A stretch of DNA of 64,000 nucleotides from Gemmatimonadota bacterium (GCA_039589275.1 JBDHHP010000010.1:15-64014); one strand, 5' to 3'; shown: positions 1-8,722, counted from the stretch's first letter. Translations and numbers: made by a program. The notes: generated from the letters alone by a model not told the origin.

Positions 1-807
1 TCGATCCAGAGCGACTCCGACCATTGCCGACGTAAAACTTTTCGTCGCCGATTGCCGGCCGGACAGCTGATCAACCGAACCTTCATTGAAGTACCCTTCA
101 GCGATCAGATGGCCGTTCTTGATGACCAGCAGTCCGTAGAGGGTCGACAATCCGGTCGCGTCGAGATAGAGCGCCGCCACCAGCATCGGATCCAGGCCCT
201 GCCCTGCAGGCGTCGACACCTTCCAATCATCCCCAGGCAGCGGCGTGTATTCAACCGCCTCCAATTCCTCCGGCCGAGGGCGCAGCATTTCCGCAATCTT
301 GGGTCGCGTCGTTCTGATTTGCTCGTAGTCCAGTTCCAATCCCAGCGGCCCGAGGGCCTGCGCGAAGCCGTCGTAGATGTTTTTGACAGAATCGAAAGGA
401 GCTGCAACGGATTCCAACGCAGTATTCCCGAAGTTGTTCCTCATGTATTTGCTAGCACCGGCGTCCAGCAGGGCCTCGACGATCTCGACACGGCAAAGGA
501 AAGCGGCGGCGTGGAGCGCGGTCGCTCCATCGTTGTTGGTGAGGTTCAGATCGGCTCCAGCCTCGATCAACGCCCTGGCCACTTCGGTCTTTCCGAACGT
601 CGCCGCAATGATCAGCGGGGTAGACCCCCACATGTCTTTTTCATTCAGATCCGAACCGGCCTTGATGTGCTGCTGAACGGCTTCGATATTCCCCTGAAGA
701 GCTGCCAGGTGGATGCTAACAGCCGGAGTCAGGATCTCCTCCTGTCCGCGAAGCGGCAAAGGTGTGAGGAGTGTGAGTACTAGCATTGCTGTCGAGACTG
801 TTTTCAT
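1..807 (-). CDS. Ankyrin-repeat / serine hydrolase (beta-lactamase family) fusion protein, 3' end cut by window edge
   Basis: Absent from the ORF track because it runs off the window. Reverse translation from ATG 807 (preceded by GGAAGGAAG) gives MKTVSTAMLVLTLLTPLPLRGQ, a signal peptide. Ankyrin-like repeats follow (IHLAALQGNIEAVQQHIKAGSDLN; TPLIIAATFGKTEVARALIEAGADLN; GATALHAAAFLCRVEIVEALLDAGA). Then comes LVIKNGHLIAEGYF...SATKSFTSAMVGVAL with an S-x-x-K motif. An in-frame ATG at 942 is an alternative start. Confidence 0.7.
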   Translation of the reverse strand, partial: MKTVSTAMLVLTLLTPLPLRGQEEILTPAVSIHLAALQGNIEAVQQHIKAGSDLNEKDMWGSTPLIIAATFGKTEVARALIEAGADLNLTNNDGATALHAAAFLCRVEIVEALLDAGASKYMRNNFGNTALESVAAPFDSVKNIYDGFAQALGPLGLELDYEQIRTTRPKIAEMLRPRPEELEAVEYTPLPGDDWKVSTPAGQGLDPMLVAALYLDATGLSTLYGLLVIKNGHLIAEGYFNEGSVDQLSGRQSATKSFTSAMVGVALDR

Positions 808-1033
808 TTCTACTTCCTTCCGTCGGGTTCCCACTCCCCCACCTCTTAGCGAGCAAGCCAACCGGCCTGCAGCGCCAATCGTTAGCGCCGCCAGGGAAAA
901 CAAGAGCCCGAACGCGATGGCCAGGTACTCGAAGAGCGTCATTGTGCCTTCTGGTTAGGGGCTGCCACCTGGATACTCGCTAATTCGACGGCTTCTCGCT
1001 ACAGCCCGGCGTGCGGTTGCTGCATACCCTCGC

Positions 1034-2350
1034 TCACGACGCAGGAGCAACGTGCGTGCGGGACCAGACTACGCCGGCGATCGTCAACGCGGCCAACAGC
1101 CCCCCGGCACCCACCGCCAGCATCGGCTGGGTGAACGTCACAAGAACCAAGATCATCACGTAGAGAACCACGACTAAGACAGGCATCCAGGGATAGCCCG
1201 GCACGCGGTAGGGGCGCTGCTCGTCTGGATGCAGTGCACGGAGTCGGAACAGCGCGATGAGAACCATCGCGTCCACCGAGATCGCCACGAACATCATGAA
1301 CTGGATCAGGAATTCGAACGAGCGCGTCATCGCCAGTAGGAACACCAGGGCGGTGATCAAGAAGAGGCCGCCCAACGGAGTCCCGCCGCCGGACACACGG
1401 ACGAGGGCCGCTGGTGCCAGGTCTCTACGCGCCAGCCCGTAGACCACCCGCGGCACACTCAGGAAGTTCACGTTCAGGCTGCTTAATAGAATGATCAGCG
1501 CGGTGACGGTTATGAACGTCCGGCCGCTCTCGCCGAAGACCACCGCTACGGCGTCAGCGGCGACGAGTGGCGACCCCGACATCTGGGCGGGCGACAGCGC
1601 ACTCAGGAACGCCACGTTGATCGCCAGGTACAGAACCGCGACGGCGACTGCGCCAAGGACGAGGATCCTCGGCAGGGCCCTGCCGGGCTCGCGGATCTCC
1701 TCCGCCATTTTGACGGCGTCGTCCCACCCGTAGTAGGTGAACGAGATTGAGAGGTAGGCGAGGGCGAAGCCCAGCAGCAGTCCGCGCTCCGGAGTGATGG
1801 TCGCGCCGGGCTCCCACGATGCCCCCGCGCCACCGCTCAGGCCCGCACCGATGATGACCAGAATCAGAACGACCTTCGCCGTCGAGGCGATGTTCTGGAA
1901 GACCCGGCCCGCCTGGAGCCCCAAGAGATGCAGCAGGAAGTAAGCGAGTACAGCGGCCGCGGCCCAGCCACGGATCGCGCCCCACCCGGTGAGCAAGATC
2001 AGGTACTCGCCGATCACGATGGCCTTCGACGCCGCTGGGAACCCACCGCGCGTCACGATCACCTCGCTCCACCCGGCGACGAAGCCGCCCAGCGGTCCGA
2101 ACGCCTGCCTCGCGTAAGCGAATTTGCCTCCGGCCTCCGGGTACATCGCGGCCATCTCGGAGAAGACCATCGCCGAAAGGAGCGCGATGACAGCACCGGC
2201 GACCCAGGCCAGCAGAATCGGCCACGGGCCGCCTAGATAGCCGGCTATCAGTCCGGGGGTACGGAGGATCCCCACGCCGATGACCAGCCCCACCCCGACG
2301 GCGAGCCCGTCCCACACTCCGAGTATTCGCTTGAGGCTGCGGCCGCTCAC
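1034..2350 (-). CDS. APC-family amino acid permease
   Basis: 438-aa polytopic membrane ORF. Contains GVWDGLAVGVGLVIGVGILRTPG and FSEMAAMYPEAGGKFAYARQAFG, typical of amino acid/polyamine/organocation transporters. Confidence 0.85.
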   Translation of the reverse strand: MSGRSLKRILGVWDGLAVGVGLVIGVGILRTPGLIAGYLGGPWPILLAWVAGAVIALLSAMVFSEMAAMYPEAGGKFAYARQAFGPLGGFVAGWSEVIVTRGGFPAASKAIVIGEYLILLTGWGAIRGWAAAAVLAYFLLHLLGLQAGRVFQNIASTAKVVLILVIIGAGLSGGAGASWEPGATITPERGLLLGFALAYLSISFTYYGWDDAVKMAEEIREPGRALPRILVLGAVAVAVLYLAINVAFLSALSPAQMSGSPLVAADAVAVVFGESGRTFITVTALIILLSSLNVNFLSVPRVVYGLARRDLAPAALVRVSGGGTPLGGLFLITALVFLLAMTRSFEFLIQFMMFVAISVDAMVLIALFRLRALHPDEQRPYRVPGYPWMPVLVVVLYVMILVLVTFTQPMLAVGAGGLLAALTIAGVVWSRTHVAPAS

Positions 2351-2396
2351 TCCTCACTCTCCTTCATCTTGCCGTTGCACGCCCGCGGGGTCGCTC

Positions 2397-2768
2397 TCAA
2401 ACGTGCTGGTCAACCAGTATCGGGTTTCCGTCAGGGTCGACTGCGACAAAACTGGCGGGCCCCGTGGTGGCCTCATCGGCCTCGGCTAAAAGTTGCACAC
2501 CTTCCGCTTTCAACTGACGCTGAAGATCGCGCACGTCGGTAAAGGTGTCGAGCTTGCCAGCGTTGCTGTCCCAGCCCGGATTGAAGGTCAACGTGTTCCT
2601 CTCGAACATGCCTTGGAAGAGACCGATCGCGTGCTCGCCGTTTTTCATGATCAGCCAGTTTTGGGAGGCCTCTCCGGCGAAGACCGTGAAGCCAAACTTC
2701 TCGTAGAAGGTTTTCGAAGCCTGAAGATCCTTGACAGCCAAGCTAATCGAGAACGCGCCGAGTTCCAT
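2397..2768 (-). CDS. VOC (glyoxalase/bleomycin-resistance/dioxygenase) family protein
   Basis: [27 protein letters not shown]...[14 protein letters not shown] is a typical VOC fold signature. Start moved to the internal ATG at 2768. Confidence 0.8.
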   Translation of the reverse strand: MELGAFSISLAVKDLQASKTFYEKFGFTVFAGEASQNWLIMKNGEHAIGLFQGMFERNTLTFNPGWDSNAGKLDTFTDVRDLQRQLKAEGVQLLAEADEATTGPASFVAVDPDGNPILVDQHV

Positions 2769-2831
2769 ACCTTGCTCCTTTTGAAAGATGCACAAACGGT
2801 GTCAGCCACCCAAACGGTGCGCTTTCACACA

Positions 2832-3842
2832 TTACACGGTGATGATCACTTTTCCTTTGAGTTCATCCTCGATCATGTGCCGGAGAGCCTCGCGGGTCTC
2901 ACTCAGCGGGTAGGTACTGTCGATGATCGGTGTGATCTTCCCGGCGTCGAGGAGTTCCCTCAGGACGTCCATTGCGTCTGTCCTGCTGGGTATCGAAGAG
3001 CGACCCAGTCGCAGCTGTTTTACGAAGAGTGAGAGGAAGATCAGGCTGAAGAAGCGGGGGAGGAGCCCGAAGAAGCGTTTGCCCGACACCCCAAATCCGT
3101 CATGCCCAATGAGCACGTATCTCCCGCCAGGTTGGAGCGCGCGCTTGCAGGCAGAGAACCGGTGGTTCCCCGGAACATCGAAGATGAGATCGTAGCGAGC
3201 GCCACGCCGGGTGAAGTCCTCCTGGGTGTAATCCATGACCTGATCTGCCCCGAGTGAGCGGAGCATGCTCAGCTTGCTCGTGCTGTCCACGGCCGTCACG
3301 TGCGCGCCGTACGCCTTCGCGACCTGTAGGGCGAGGGAGCCAACGCCGCCGCCAGCGCCGTTGACCAACACCCTCTGCCCAGGCCGTACCAGGCTCGCTC
3401 CGCGAAGGTTCAGTAGGGTGATGAATCCAGAGGTGGGGACGGAGGCGGCCTGCTCGAACGTGACGTTGTCCGGCTTCAGCGCGAGTAAGTCCTGGTGAAC
3501 TGATACATATTCGGCGAATGCGCCGCCGTTGGTCCATTGATTGGTGCGGATGGTCTCGCCGAATACCGCGTCACCCTGCCGGAACTGTGTCACGCTCTTG
3601 CCGACGGACTCGACGATTCCCGCCATGTCCGTGCCGGGGATCGGGTGCTTCGGTTTGAAGACCCCGGGTCCCATCAGACGAACGACATAGGGCTGCCCGG
3701 TCACGACATGCCAGACGTCCGGATGGAGCGAAGCCGCGCGTACCTGCACCAGGACCTCATCATCGCCGACGGCCGGCTTGGGGACTTCGCGGAGGTTTAG
3801 ATCATCGGGAGATCCGTACTTCTTTTGTACAATCGCCTTCAT
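2832..3842 (-). CDS. Medium-chain dehydrogenase/reductase (quinone oxidoreductase / Zn-type alcohol dehydrogenase family)
   Basis: MKAIVQKKYGSPDDLNLREVPKP... with Rossmann motif VLVNGAGGGVGSLALQVAK. ATG 3842 overlaps the GNAT stop codon (ATGA). Confidence 0.85.
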   Translation of the reverse strand: MKAIVQKKYGSPDDLNLREVPKPAVGDDEVLVQVRAASLHPDVWHVVTGQPYVVRLMGPGVFKPKHPIPGTDMAGIVESVGKSVTQFRQGDAVFGETIRTNQWTNGGAFAEYVSVHQDLLALKPDNVTFEQAASVPTSGFITLLNLRGASLVRPGQRVLVNGAGGGVGSLALQVAKAYGAHVTAVDSTSKLSMLRSLGADQVMDYTQEDFTRRGARYDLIFDVPGNHRFSACKRALQPGGRYVLIGHDGFGVSGKRFFGLLPRFFSLIFLSLFVKQLRLGRSSIPSRTDAMDVLRELLDAGKITPIIDSTYPLSETREALRHMIEDELKGKVIITV

Positions 3843-4381
3843 CGCCTCTTCAAGTTCGCGTGTTGAGCAGCCCGCCATGAATCACGTTCAATCGCATAGA
3901 GAGACAGACAGTACCCTCGTAGCGTGACCTCCCCTTCAAACCGCTCTCCAAGGCGCTCAGCTAGTCGGATTGAGCGGCGGTTGTCCGGATCAATCAGGCT
4001 GATCACTCGGTGCCATCCGAGAGGGCCGAATGCATGCGCCAGTGCAGTTCGCGCGGCCTCCAGGGCAAAGCCTCGGCCCCAGTACGGGCGAGCAAGTGTC
4101 CAGGCCAGTTCCCGATCGGGCCAACCCTCCGGAAAGTGGAGGCCGACACGGCCCACCAGAGAGCCGCTTGCCCGCTCCTCCACAGCCCACACGCCGAAAC
4201 CGCGGAGCTGCCAATGGCCGACGAACATCGCCATTTGTCGCCAGGCATCGTCCCGGCTGAGAACCGAGCGGACGCCGATGTAACGCATGACGTCTGGGTC
4301 CGCACACATGGCGGCGTAGGCATCAATGTCGTTCTCTCGAAAGGGCCGGAGCAACAGCCGCTCGGTTTCAAGTGTGAGCAC
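3839..4381 (-). CDS. GNAT family N-acetyltransferase (RimJ/RimL-like)
   Basis: MLTLETERLLLRPFRENDIDAYAAMCADPDVMRYIG... plus WGRGFALEAARTAL is the classic RimJ-like GNAT signature. Confidence 0.85.
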   Translation of the reverse strand: MLTLETERLLLRPFRENDIDAYAAMCADPDVMRYIGVRSVLSRDDAWRQMAMFVGHWQLRGFGVWAVEERASGSLVGRVGLHFPEGWPDRELAWTLARPYWGRGFALEAARTALAHAFGPLGWHRVISLIDPDNRRSIRLAERLGERFEGEVTLRGYCLSLYAIERDSWRAAQHANLKRR

Positions 4382-4414
4382 GGGGCGGATCCGGTTGGAA
4401 GTTCACTACGTGCT

Positions 4415-4546
4415 GCACAACGGCTCGGCGCATGAGCTGGTGCACAGACTCACTAGGTGCATGAGCATTTCTGAGTTCATCGATCACACCGTGCGCACAA
4501 ACCGACTACTCCTACCACGCTCAACAGCTTCATTCGCGTTTTAGAC
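4415..4546 (-). repeat. Eroded attC-like site (relic)
   Basis: 132 bp, the same length as the intact family. Left arm GCACAACGGCTCGGCGCATGAGCTG compares with GTCTAACGGACCGGCGCATAAGCTG. Right arm CGCTCAACAGCTTCATTCGCGTTTTAGAC compares with CGTCACGCTTCATGCGCCTGTTAGGC. It lies directly 3' of the SnoaL-like ORF. Confidence 0.45.
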
Positions 4547-4571
4547 AGCTTCGAAAAACCCGCCCAGTAGA

Positions 4572-5072
4572 TCACGGCTGCCTCAGCGGGCGATCTCTGT
4601 TCCTCATTCGCCGTGCGATCTTCCAGGTACCATCCGGCTGACGCTGCAAGATGTTGAGGTGCTTTCCACGGACAGTATCCACAACGGCAGTACCCTTGGG
4701 CTTAATGAACGCAACGTAGGTTCCACGCTCGAATGCCCACTCGCCAAGAACTCGAACTTCCTGCGTCTGAGCCGAGAGCTCGACATCCACGCGCGAAAAG
4801 CGGCGCTCGAACCATGCGCGCAGCGAATCTCGACCAACTATGGATGGACCGTCCGGCCACATATACACGCCGTCCCGCGTAAACCGACTGACCTCGGCCT
4901 CAACATCGCCGTGGTTCACCGCTTCTCCTGCACTCTGCAAGAAGTGATGTACCTCCCTGAGGGCCTGATGTTCTGATAGCCGGCTATCGTCCCCATCGCA
5001 CGCACAGATCACCGCAATAACACACGTGACCACGACTCTGATCGATCGAAGCTGTATAACGACTCCGCGCAT
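4572..5072 (-). CDS. SnoaL-like / DUF4440 (NTF2-fold) lipoprotein
   Basis: Start taken at ATG 5072: MRGVVIQLRSIRVVVTCVIAVICAC (lipobox-like). Then VYMWPDGPSIVGRDSLRAWFERRF...HLNILQRQPDGTWKIARRM, typical of the NTF2-like DUF4440/SnoaL fold. Confidence 0.7.
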   Translation of the reverse strand: MRGVVIQLRSIRVVVTCVIAVICACDGDDSRLSEHQALREVHHFLQSAGEAVNHGDVEAEVSRFTRDGVYMWPDGPSIVGRDSLRAWFERRFSRVDVELSAQTQEVRVLGEWAFERGTYVAFIKPKGTAVVDTVRGKHLNILQRQPDGTWKIARRMRNRDRPLRQP

Positions 5073-5106
5073 GCGCAGCGAACGGACTCTTTTCCAGCTT
5101 CCAGAT

Positions 5107-5185
5107 GCACAACCGAACGTCGATGTTACGCTGCGCATAATCCAACTGCTCCTTCAGCGTTCGCAGTTTCATTCAATTGCTAGGC
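5107..5185 (-). repeat. Short, eroded attC-like relic
   Basis: Bounded by GCACAAC (5107-5113) and GCTAGGC (5179-5185). Inner GCGCATAAT and CAGTTTCATTCAATT segments resemble the family arms. The stop codon of ORF 5180-5860 lies inside the right 7-mer. It is much shorter (79 bp) than the intact copies. Confidence 0.3.
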
Positions 5186-5860
5186 GCCAGTCACTCTGTG
5201 AAGGTTTGCCCGTCCCTGCTTGCCTATCAATTCGATTACCCCGGCTTTTCGCAGACAATACACCATCTTCTGCGCCAGCTGTCTCCTCACAACTATCGCG
5301 TCCGCCAGGTCTCCCGCGGTAAACGTCTCCCAACCTTTGGGGATAAACGCTAGCCAATTTGCGGCGTCCTCGTACGACCTCCGCTCTACTACTTCCAACA
5401 GCCGGCGCTCCTCAATGGCCCACCCTCTCCTACGCCAGTGTCGCTTCCCCTCGTACCGCCTCACCTCTTCCTCCCGTATCATCAGTACTTCCAGCGAGAA
5501 GTTGGGGTCCGTGAGCAGCTGCGGGAAGCTCACCATTTCCCAGAACAGATCCTCCGAACGCCCTGTCTTAGGCGACTTTCGGCGAGTCACCCCGACACTG
5601 TCATCCTTGGCCGGCTTCACAATCCATTTCTCTTTGGCAATCGGATAGATCAACCGAACGCGATGTGAACGAACCAGGTTTATCAGCTTCGACCTGATGG
5701 ACGCGAAGTTGCCAGTCTGGATTTCCAGCAACAGATCATCCCGCACGATATCAATCACAAACCCGTCAACCGCCACTTCGAACTTGTCTCCCGGCTCTGC
5801 GTACCACTCCTTCAGCGACGCGTGAAGCGGCCTTTCGTTGAGCAAACCGATGTGTGACAT
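5180..5860 (-). CDS. Hypothetical protein, PD-(D/E)xK-nuclease-like N-terminus with probable C-terminal winged helix
   Basis: Start taken at ATG 5860 (MSHIGLLNERPLH...); the longer track ORF overlaps the HAD gene. VDGFVIDIVRDDLLLEIQTGNF resembles a D...E-x-Q/K nuclease core. The C-terminus LADAIVVRRQLAQKMVYCLRKAGVIELIGKQGRANLH looks wHTH-like. Assignment is by motif only. Confidence 0.5.
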   Translation of the reverse strand: MSHIGLLNERPLHASLKEWYAEPGDKFEVAVDGFVIDIVRDDLLLEIQTGNFASIRSKLINLVRSHRVRLIYPIAKEKWIVKPAKDDSVGVTRRKSPKTGRSEDLFWEMVSFPQLLTDPNFSLEVLMIREEEVRRYEGKRHWRRRGWAIEERRLLEVVERRSYEDAANWLAFIPKGWETFTAGDLADAIVVRRQLAQKMVYCLRKAGVIELIGKQGRANLHRVTGA

Positions 5861-5913
5861 TGATCCCCCACTGCCCGGGCGACTAGCCACTCTACAATGC
5901 GGGCGATCGCTCT

Positions 5914-7332
5914 TTAGCCAGCCGCACGGCGATTCCCCACCAGCGCGCCGATCCATTTGCGCGCGTCGTCCAATGAGCTGAGCACGCTTGAGGCTGCGCG
6001 CACGGCGGCCTCCGATGGTGGCTTCAAATCTGGCACGCACAACGTCACCATGCCGGCCGCACTCGCCGCCAGGACGCCGGCGTCCGAGTCTTCAAGAGCA
6101 ACACACTCGGCTGGGTCCAGGCCCAGTCGTGCCGCTGCCTCGAGATAGATGTCGGGCGCGGGCTTACCCCGGGTCACTTGCTCGCCCGTGACGATGGCGT
6201 CGAAACGATCGAGGAGACCCGCGCTTCGCAGACTGAGCTCCGTGTAGGCGCCGTCGCTCGACGTCGCAACTGCACTCGAGAGAGCATACTCGTCCAAGAA
6301 CGAGAGAAACGCGAGAAGGCCGGGTTTCGTGGGAATGCCTCCGGCGTTCACGGACGTTCGCCAGAGCTCTGACCACCGCGTTCTAAACCGCGACAACGGA
6401 AACTCCGAGCCAAATTGCTGGATGAGTTCGCGCTCGCAGTGCGAAGTTGGACGACCGATGAACCTCAAATGCGACTGATCATCTAGATCGAATCCCAGTT
6501 CCGCACACGCTTGCTGCCACGCGGCCTTATAGATCGGCTCCGTGTCGAGCATCAGACCATCCATGTCGAGGACGACGGCGCGAATCCCCATATCGGTTTC
6601 TAGGTCGAAGCCTACTGTTCCGTGATTTCGTAGACCCGGATGCTCGCAATGAACGGATTGTCCTGCGCGATCCTTACTAGTCTGGACTACCAAGCGCGAG
6701 TCTCCTCCAACTGGGTTGACTCGGACAACGAGATCCAGCAATTGGTCCAAGACCATGTCGGCATTCTGAATGGCGTCAGGCGGATGTGTGGAAGCAACTG
6801 CTATGACCCGCATTCCGGCGGCCCGAGCTGCGTGAACTCCCACCGGCGTATCCTCGACGACTACACAACCGCTCGCCGGGACTCCCAGTCGTCTTGCCGC
6901 GCACAAGTAGGGCTCGGGGTCCGGCTTCCCTCGAGAGACATCATCGGCGGTTATCAGGGCTGCGGGCTCGGGAAGCCCCACGTGCAGAATCCGCGTCAGC
7001 GCGGTCGTCCGGTTTCCGGAAGTTGCCACTGCCCACGCATCCGCCGGCAGGTTGCTAAGCAGTTCTAGGGCTCCTCGAACCTCGTAGACTCCGGTCGTAT
7101 CCGTTTCTTCTCCGCGCTCTAGCTCGGCGGCCTCAGACTCACAATCCAGGTGAGGTGCTATCGTTGCGATCGTTTCAGCAGTGCGGCGGCCGTGCGCAAC
7201 AGCGAGAAGCGTCTCCACATCGAACCCATGTTTAGCAGCCCATCGATGCCACTGTGCTTCGACACACGCAATGGAGTCGACGAGGACGCCGTCCAGATCG
7301 AACAGAATCGCGTCACAGACCATCTGATTCAT
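5914..7332 (-). CDS. Tandem HAD-HAD fusion hydrolase (two beta-phosphoglucomutase-like HAD-IA modules)
   Basis: Two complete HAD modules in one frame with no stop between them. Module 1: ILFDLDGVLVDS ... SGNR ... GKPDPEPY ... VVEDTPVGVHAARAAG. Module 2: VVLDMDGLMLDT ... TSSD ... GKPAPDIY ... ALEDSDAGVLAASAAG. Confidence 0.8.
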   Translation of the reverse strand: MNQMVCDAILFDLDGVLVDSIACVEAQWHRWAAKHGFDVETLLAVAHGRRTAETIATIAPHLDCESEAAELERGEETDTTGVYEVRGALELLSNLPADAWAVATSGNRTTALTRILHVGLPEPAALITADDVSRGKPDPEPYLCAARRLGVPASGCVVVEDTPVGVHAARAAGMRVIAVASTHPPDAIQNADMVLDQLLDLVVRVNPVGGDSRLVVQTSKDRAGQSVHCEHPGLRNHGTVGFDLETDMGIRAVVLDMDGLMLDTEPIYKAAWQQACAELGFDLDDQSHLRFIGRPTSHCERELIQQFGSEFPLSRFRTRWSELWRTSVNAGGIPTKPGLLAFLSFLDEYALSSAVATSSDGAYTELSLRSAGLLDRFDAIVTGEQVTRGKPAPDIYLEAAARLGLDPAECVALEDSDAGVLAASAAGMVTLCVPDLKPPSEAAVRAASSVLSSLDDARKWIGALVGNRRAAG

Positions 7333-7392
7333 ACAGCGGACCTCACTTGCCCAGGGGCATCGGACATGAGCTGTCCATGCTTCGTGCAGCTG

Positions 7393-7926
7393 TTAGCCTG
7401 CATCGGCACCTTTCCACTCGGCTGTCGGCCTCCCCATCCAGATCCATACCACGTAGTCTGTCAACGGCGGCTCGGCTCCCAACTCACGCAGCCGCCTATT
7501 CATCTGCCCCCGGTGATATGACGAGTGTGACCAGATCTGAAGCAGTGACTCGGCCAGTGTCACCGGCTGTGCTCTCCCCCATCGCTTCACCAGATCCTCA
7601 GCCCACGGAAAGTTGACTTGCCGCTTGAGCATCACGGAGTCGAGGGTCTCCAGAAGTTCGGCGGCCTGCACATAGTAGTCCCGACACCACCGATAGATGG
7701 CCTTGAGATCCAGGAACTCCCCAAGATCTGGGATGTCCAGCTGCTCGCCGCGCCAAACCTGCAGGTAAGCCCACTGCACCTGATGCAGGTGATGGACACA
7801 TTCTCGGATCTGACGGTCGGCGTGAGCTTCTCGGTGCTGTAACAGGGCCGTCCACACAAGCGCGTCCGCCCATTCCATATGGTTCACAAGCTCACGTGGC
7901 TCACTGTGAATCATCTTTCTCTCCAA
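7393..7926 (-). CDS. DinB family protein
   Basis: NHMEWADALVWTALL...HHLHQVQWAYLQVW...SHSSYHRGQMNRRLRELG shows the His-triad spacing of the DinB/YfiT-like four-helix bundle. The stop codon sits inside GGCTAAC (7392-7398). Confidence 0.8.
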   Translation of the reverse strand: MERKMIHSEPRELVNHMEWADALVWTALLQHREAHADRQIRECVHHLHQVQWAYLQVWRGEQLDIPDLGEFLDLKAIYRWCRDYYVQAAELLETLDSVMLKRQVNFPWAEDLVKRWGRAQPVTLAESLLQIWSHSSYHRGQMNRRLRELGAEPPLTDYVVWIWMGRPTAEWKGADAG

Positions 7927-7958
7927 CCCAATTGATGCAGGTTAGCGGCTCGAGGCAG

Positions 7959-8543
7959 CTACCATGGGTTCGGCGCTCCAAACATGGCTCGAACGCTAAA
8001 TGCCTGGCCGATGTGATAGAAGTGATGCGTCAGTACGATGTGTCCTAGGAGCCAACCTTTGGTGTGGCCACCGTAGGCCTCGACAATGTCCTCCGCCACC
8101 GCGCCTCCAGCTCCCTCATCGACGAAAACTCGCCGTAGTCGCTTCTGCGTTAGCTCACCCGCCAGTTCCGGGAGCGGCAAGCCGTCGACCACCGTTACGG
8201 TACGGTTCGTCACCTCGGCCCGATAGGTATCGAGCGCGGGGAGACTGACCTCCTCGCACAACTGCGTCACTTGTGCCTTGGACATGCCCGTCCCGACTTC
8301 CCGACCCAGCACCCGCAGGCGGCTCGGCCATCCGCCCTCATCGAACACTTGGTCCCGATCCGCGAGCAACCGGTTAACACCCACATCCTCACATCGTGCG
8401 ATGTGCCAAAGAATCCAGACGATAGGGTTGAGAGACGGATGCGGCGAGTGCCGCAGCTGATGCTCGGTGAGATCCTTGACGAGGTGCTTGGGGTATTCGC
8501 GAAACCCCTGGTAACGCTCGAAGAAAAGCTGCTTCGCGTCCAT
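7959..8543 (-). CDS. DinB-superfamily protein
   Basis: LNPIVWILWHIARCEDV ... GHIVLTHHFYHIGQAFSVRAMFG is a DinB_2-like signature. Confidence 0.7.
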   Translation of the reverse strand: MDAKQLFFERYQGFREYPKHLVKDLTEHQLRHSPHPSLNPIVWILWHIARCEDVGVNRLLADRDQVFDEGGWPSRLRVLGREVGTGMSKAQVTQLCEEVSLPALDTYRAEVTNRTVTVVDGLPLPELAGELTQKRLRRVFVDEGAGGAVAEDIVEAYGGHTKGWLLGHIVLTHHFYHIGQAFSVRAMFGAPNPW

Positions 8544-8589
8544 TACATACCGCTCCTCGGCAGTGGTTTCGGTGCGGCGTCACCGGGCC

Positions 8590-8722
8590 GTCTAACGTCC
8601 CGGCGCATACGCTGCGGACTGCTCCTCAGCGGCTGTGCCGATGTCAGTCTCATCACTGCCATTCCTTTCTTCCCGACTCTACGTGCACCAGGTGCCCGTA
8701 ATTCTCCATGTGCCTGTTAGCC
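8590..8722 (-). repeat. attC-like recombination site
   Basis: Plus strand reads GTCTAAC-GTCCC-GGCGCATACGCTG ... CTCCATGTGCC-T-GTTAGCC (133 bp). The stop codon of the methyltransferase ORF (8717-8719) lies inside the core 7-mer. Confidence 0.8.

Noticed and set aside
52-783. 243-aa plus-strand ORF (and nested ORFs at 105-407 and 377-676).
   Set aside because: It is the antisense shadow of the ankyrin/serine-hydrolase gene. The product is Arg-rich and low-complexity with no recognisable motifs. Long antisense ORFs recur throughout this GC-rich window (for example 9470-10135, 12816-13412, 28661-29389, 42979-43920 and 48068-48790) and were all discarded for the same reason.
2351-2831. attC-like fragments flanking the VOC gene: CTTCATCTTGCCGTTGCAC at about 2362-2380 and ATGCACAAACGG at about 2788-2799.
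   Set aside because: Each matches only 10-20 nt of one arm, and the intergenic spaces (46 and 63 bp) are too short for a site of this family. They may be the last traces of relics, but this cannot be supported from the sequence alone.
5861-5920. Possible short (~60-bp) attC after the HAD-HAD gene. GGCTAAA contains the stop codon, and a GCGATCGC palindrome is nearby.
   Set aside because: There is no second core (GTTRRRY) and no arm homology to the family. The resemblance rests on one imperfect 7-mer.
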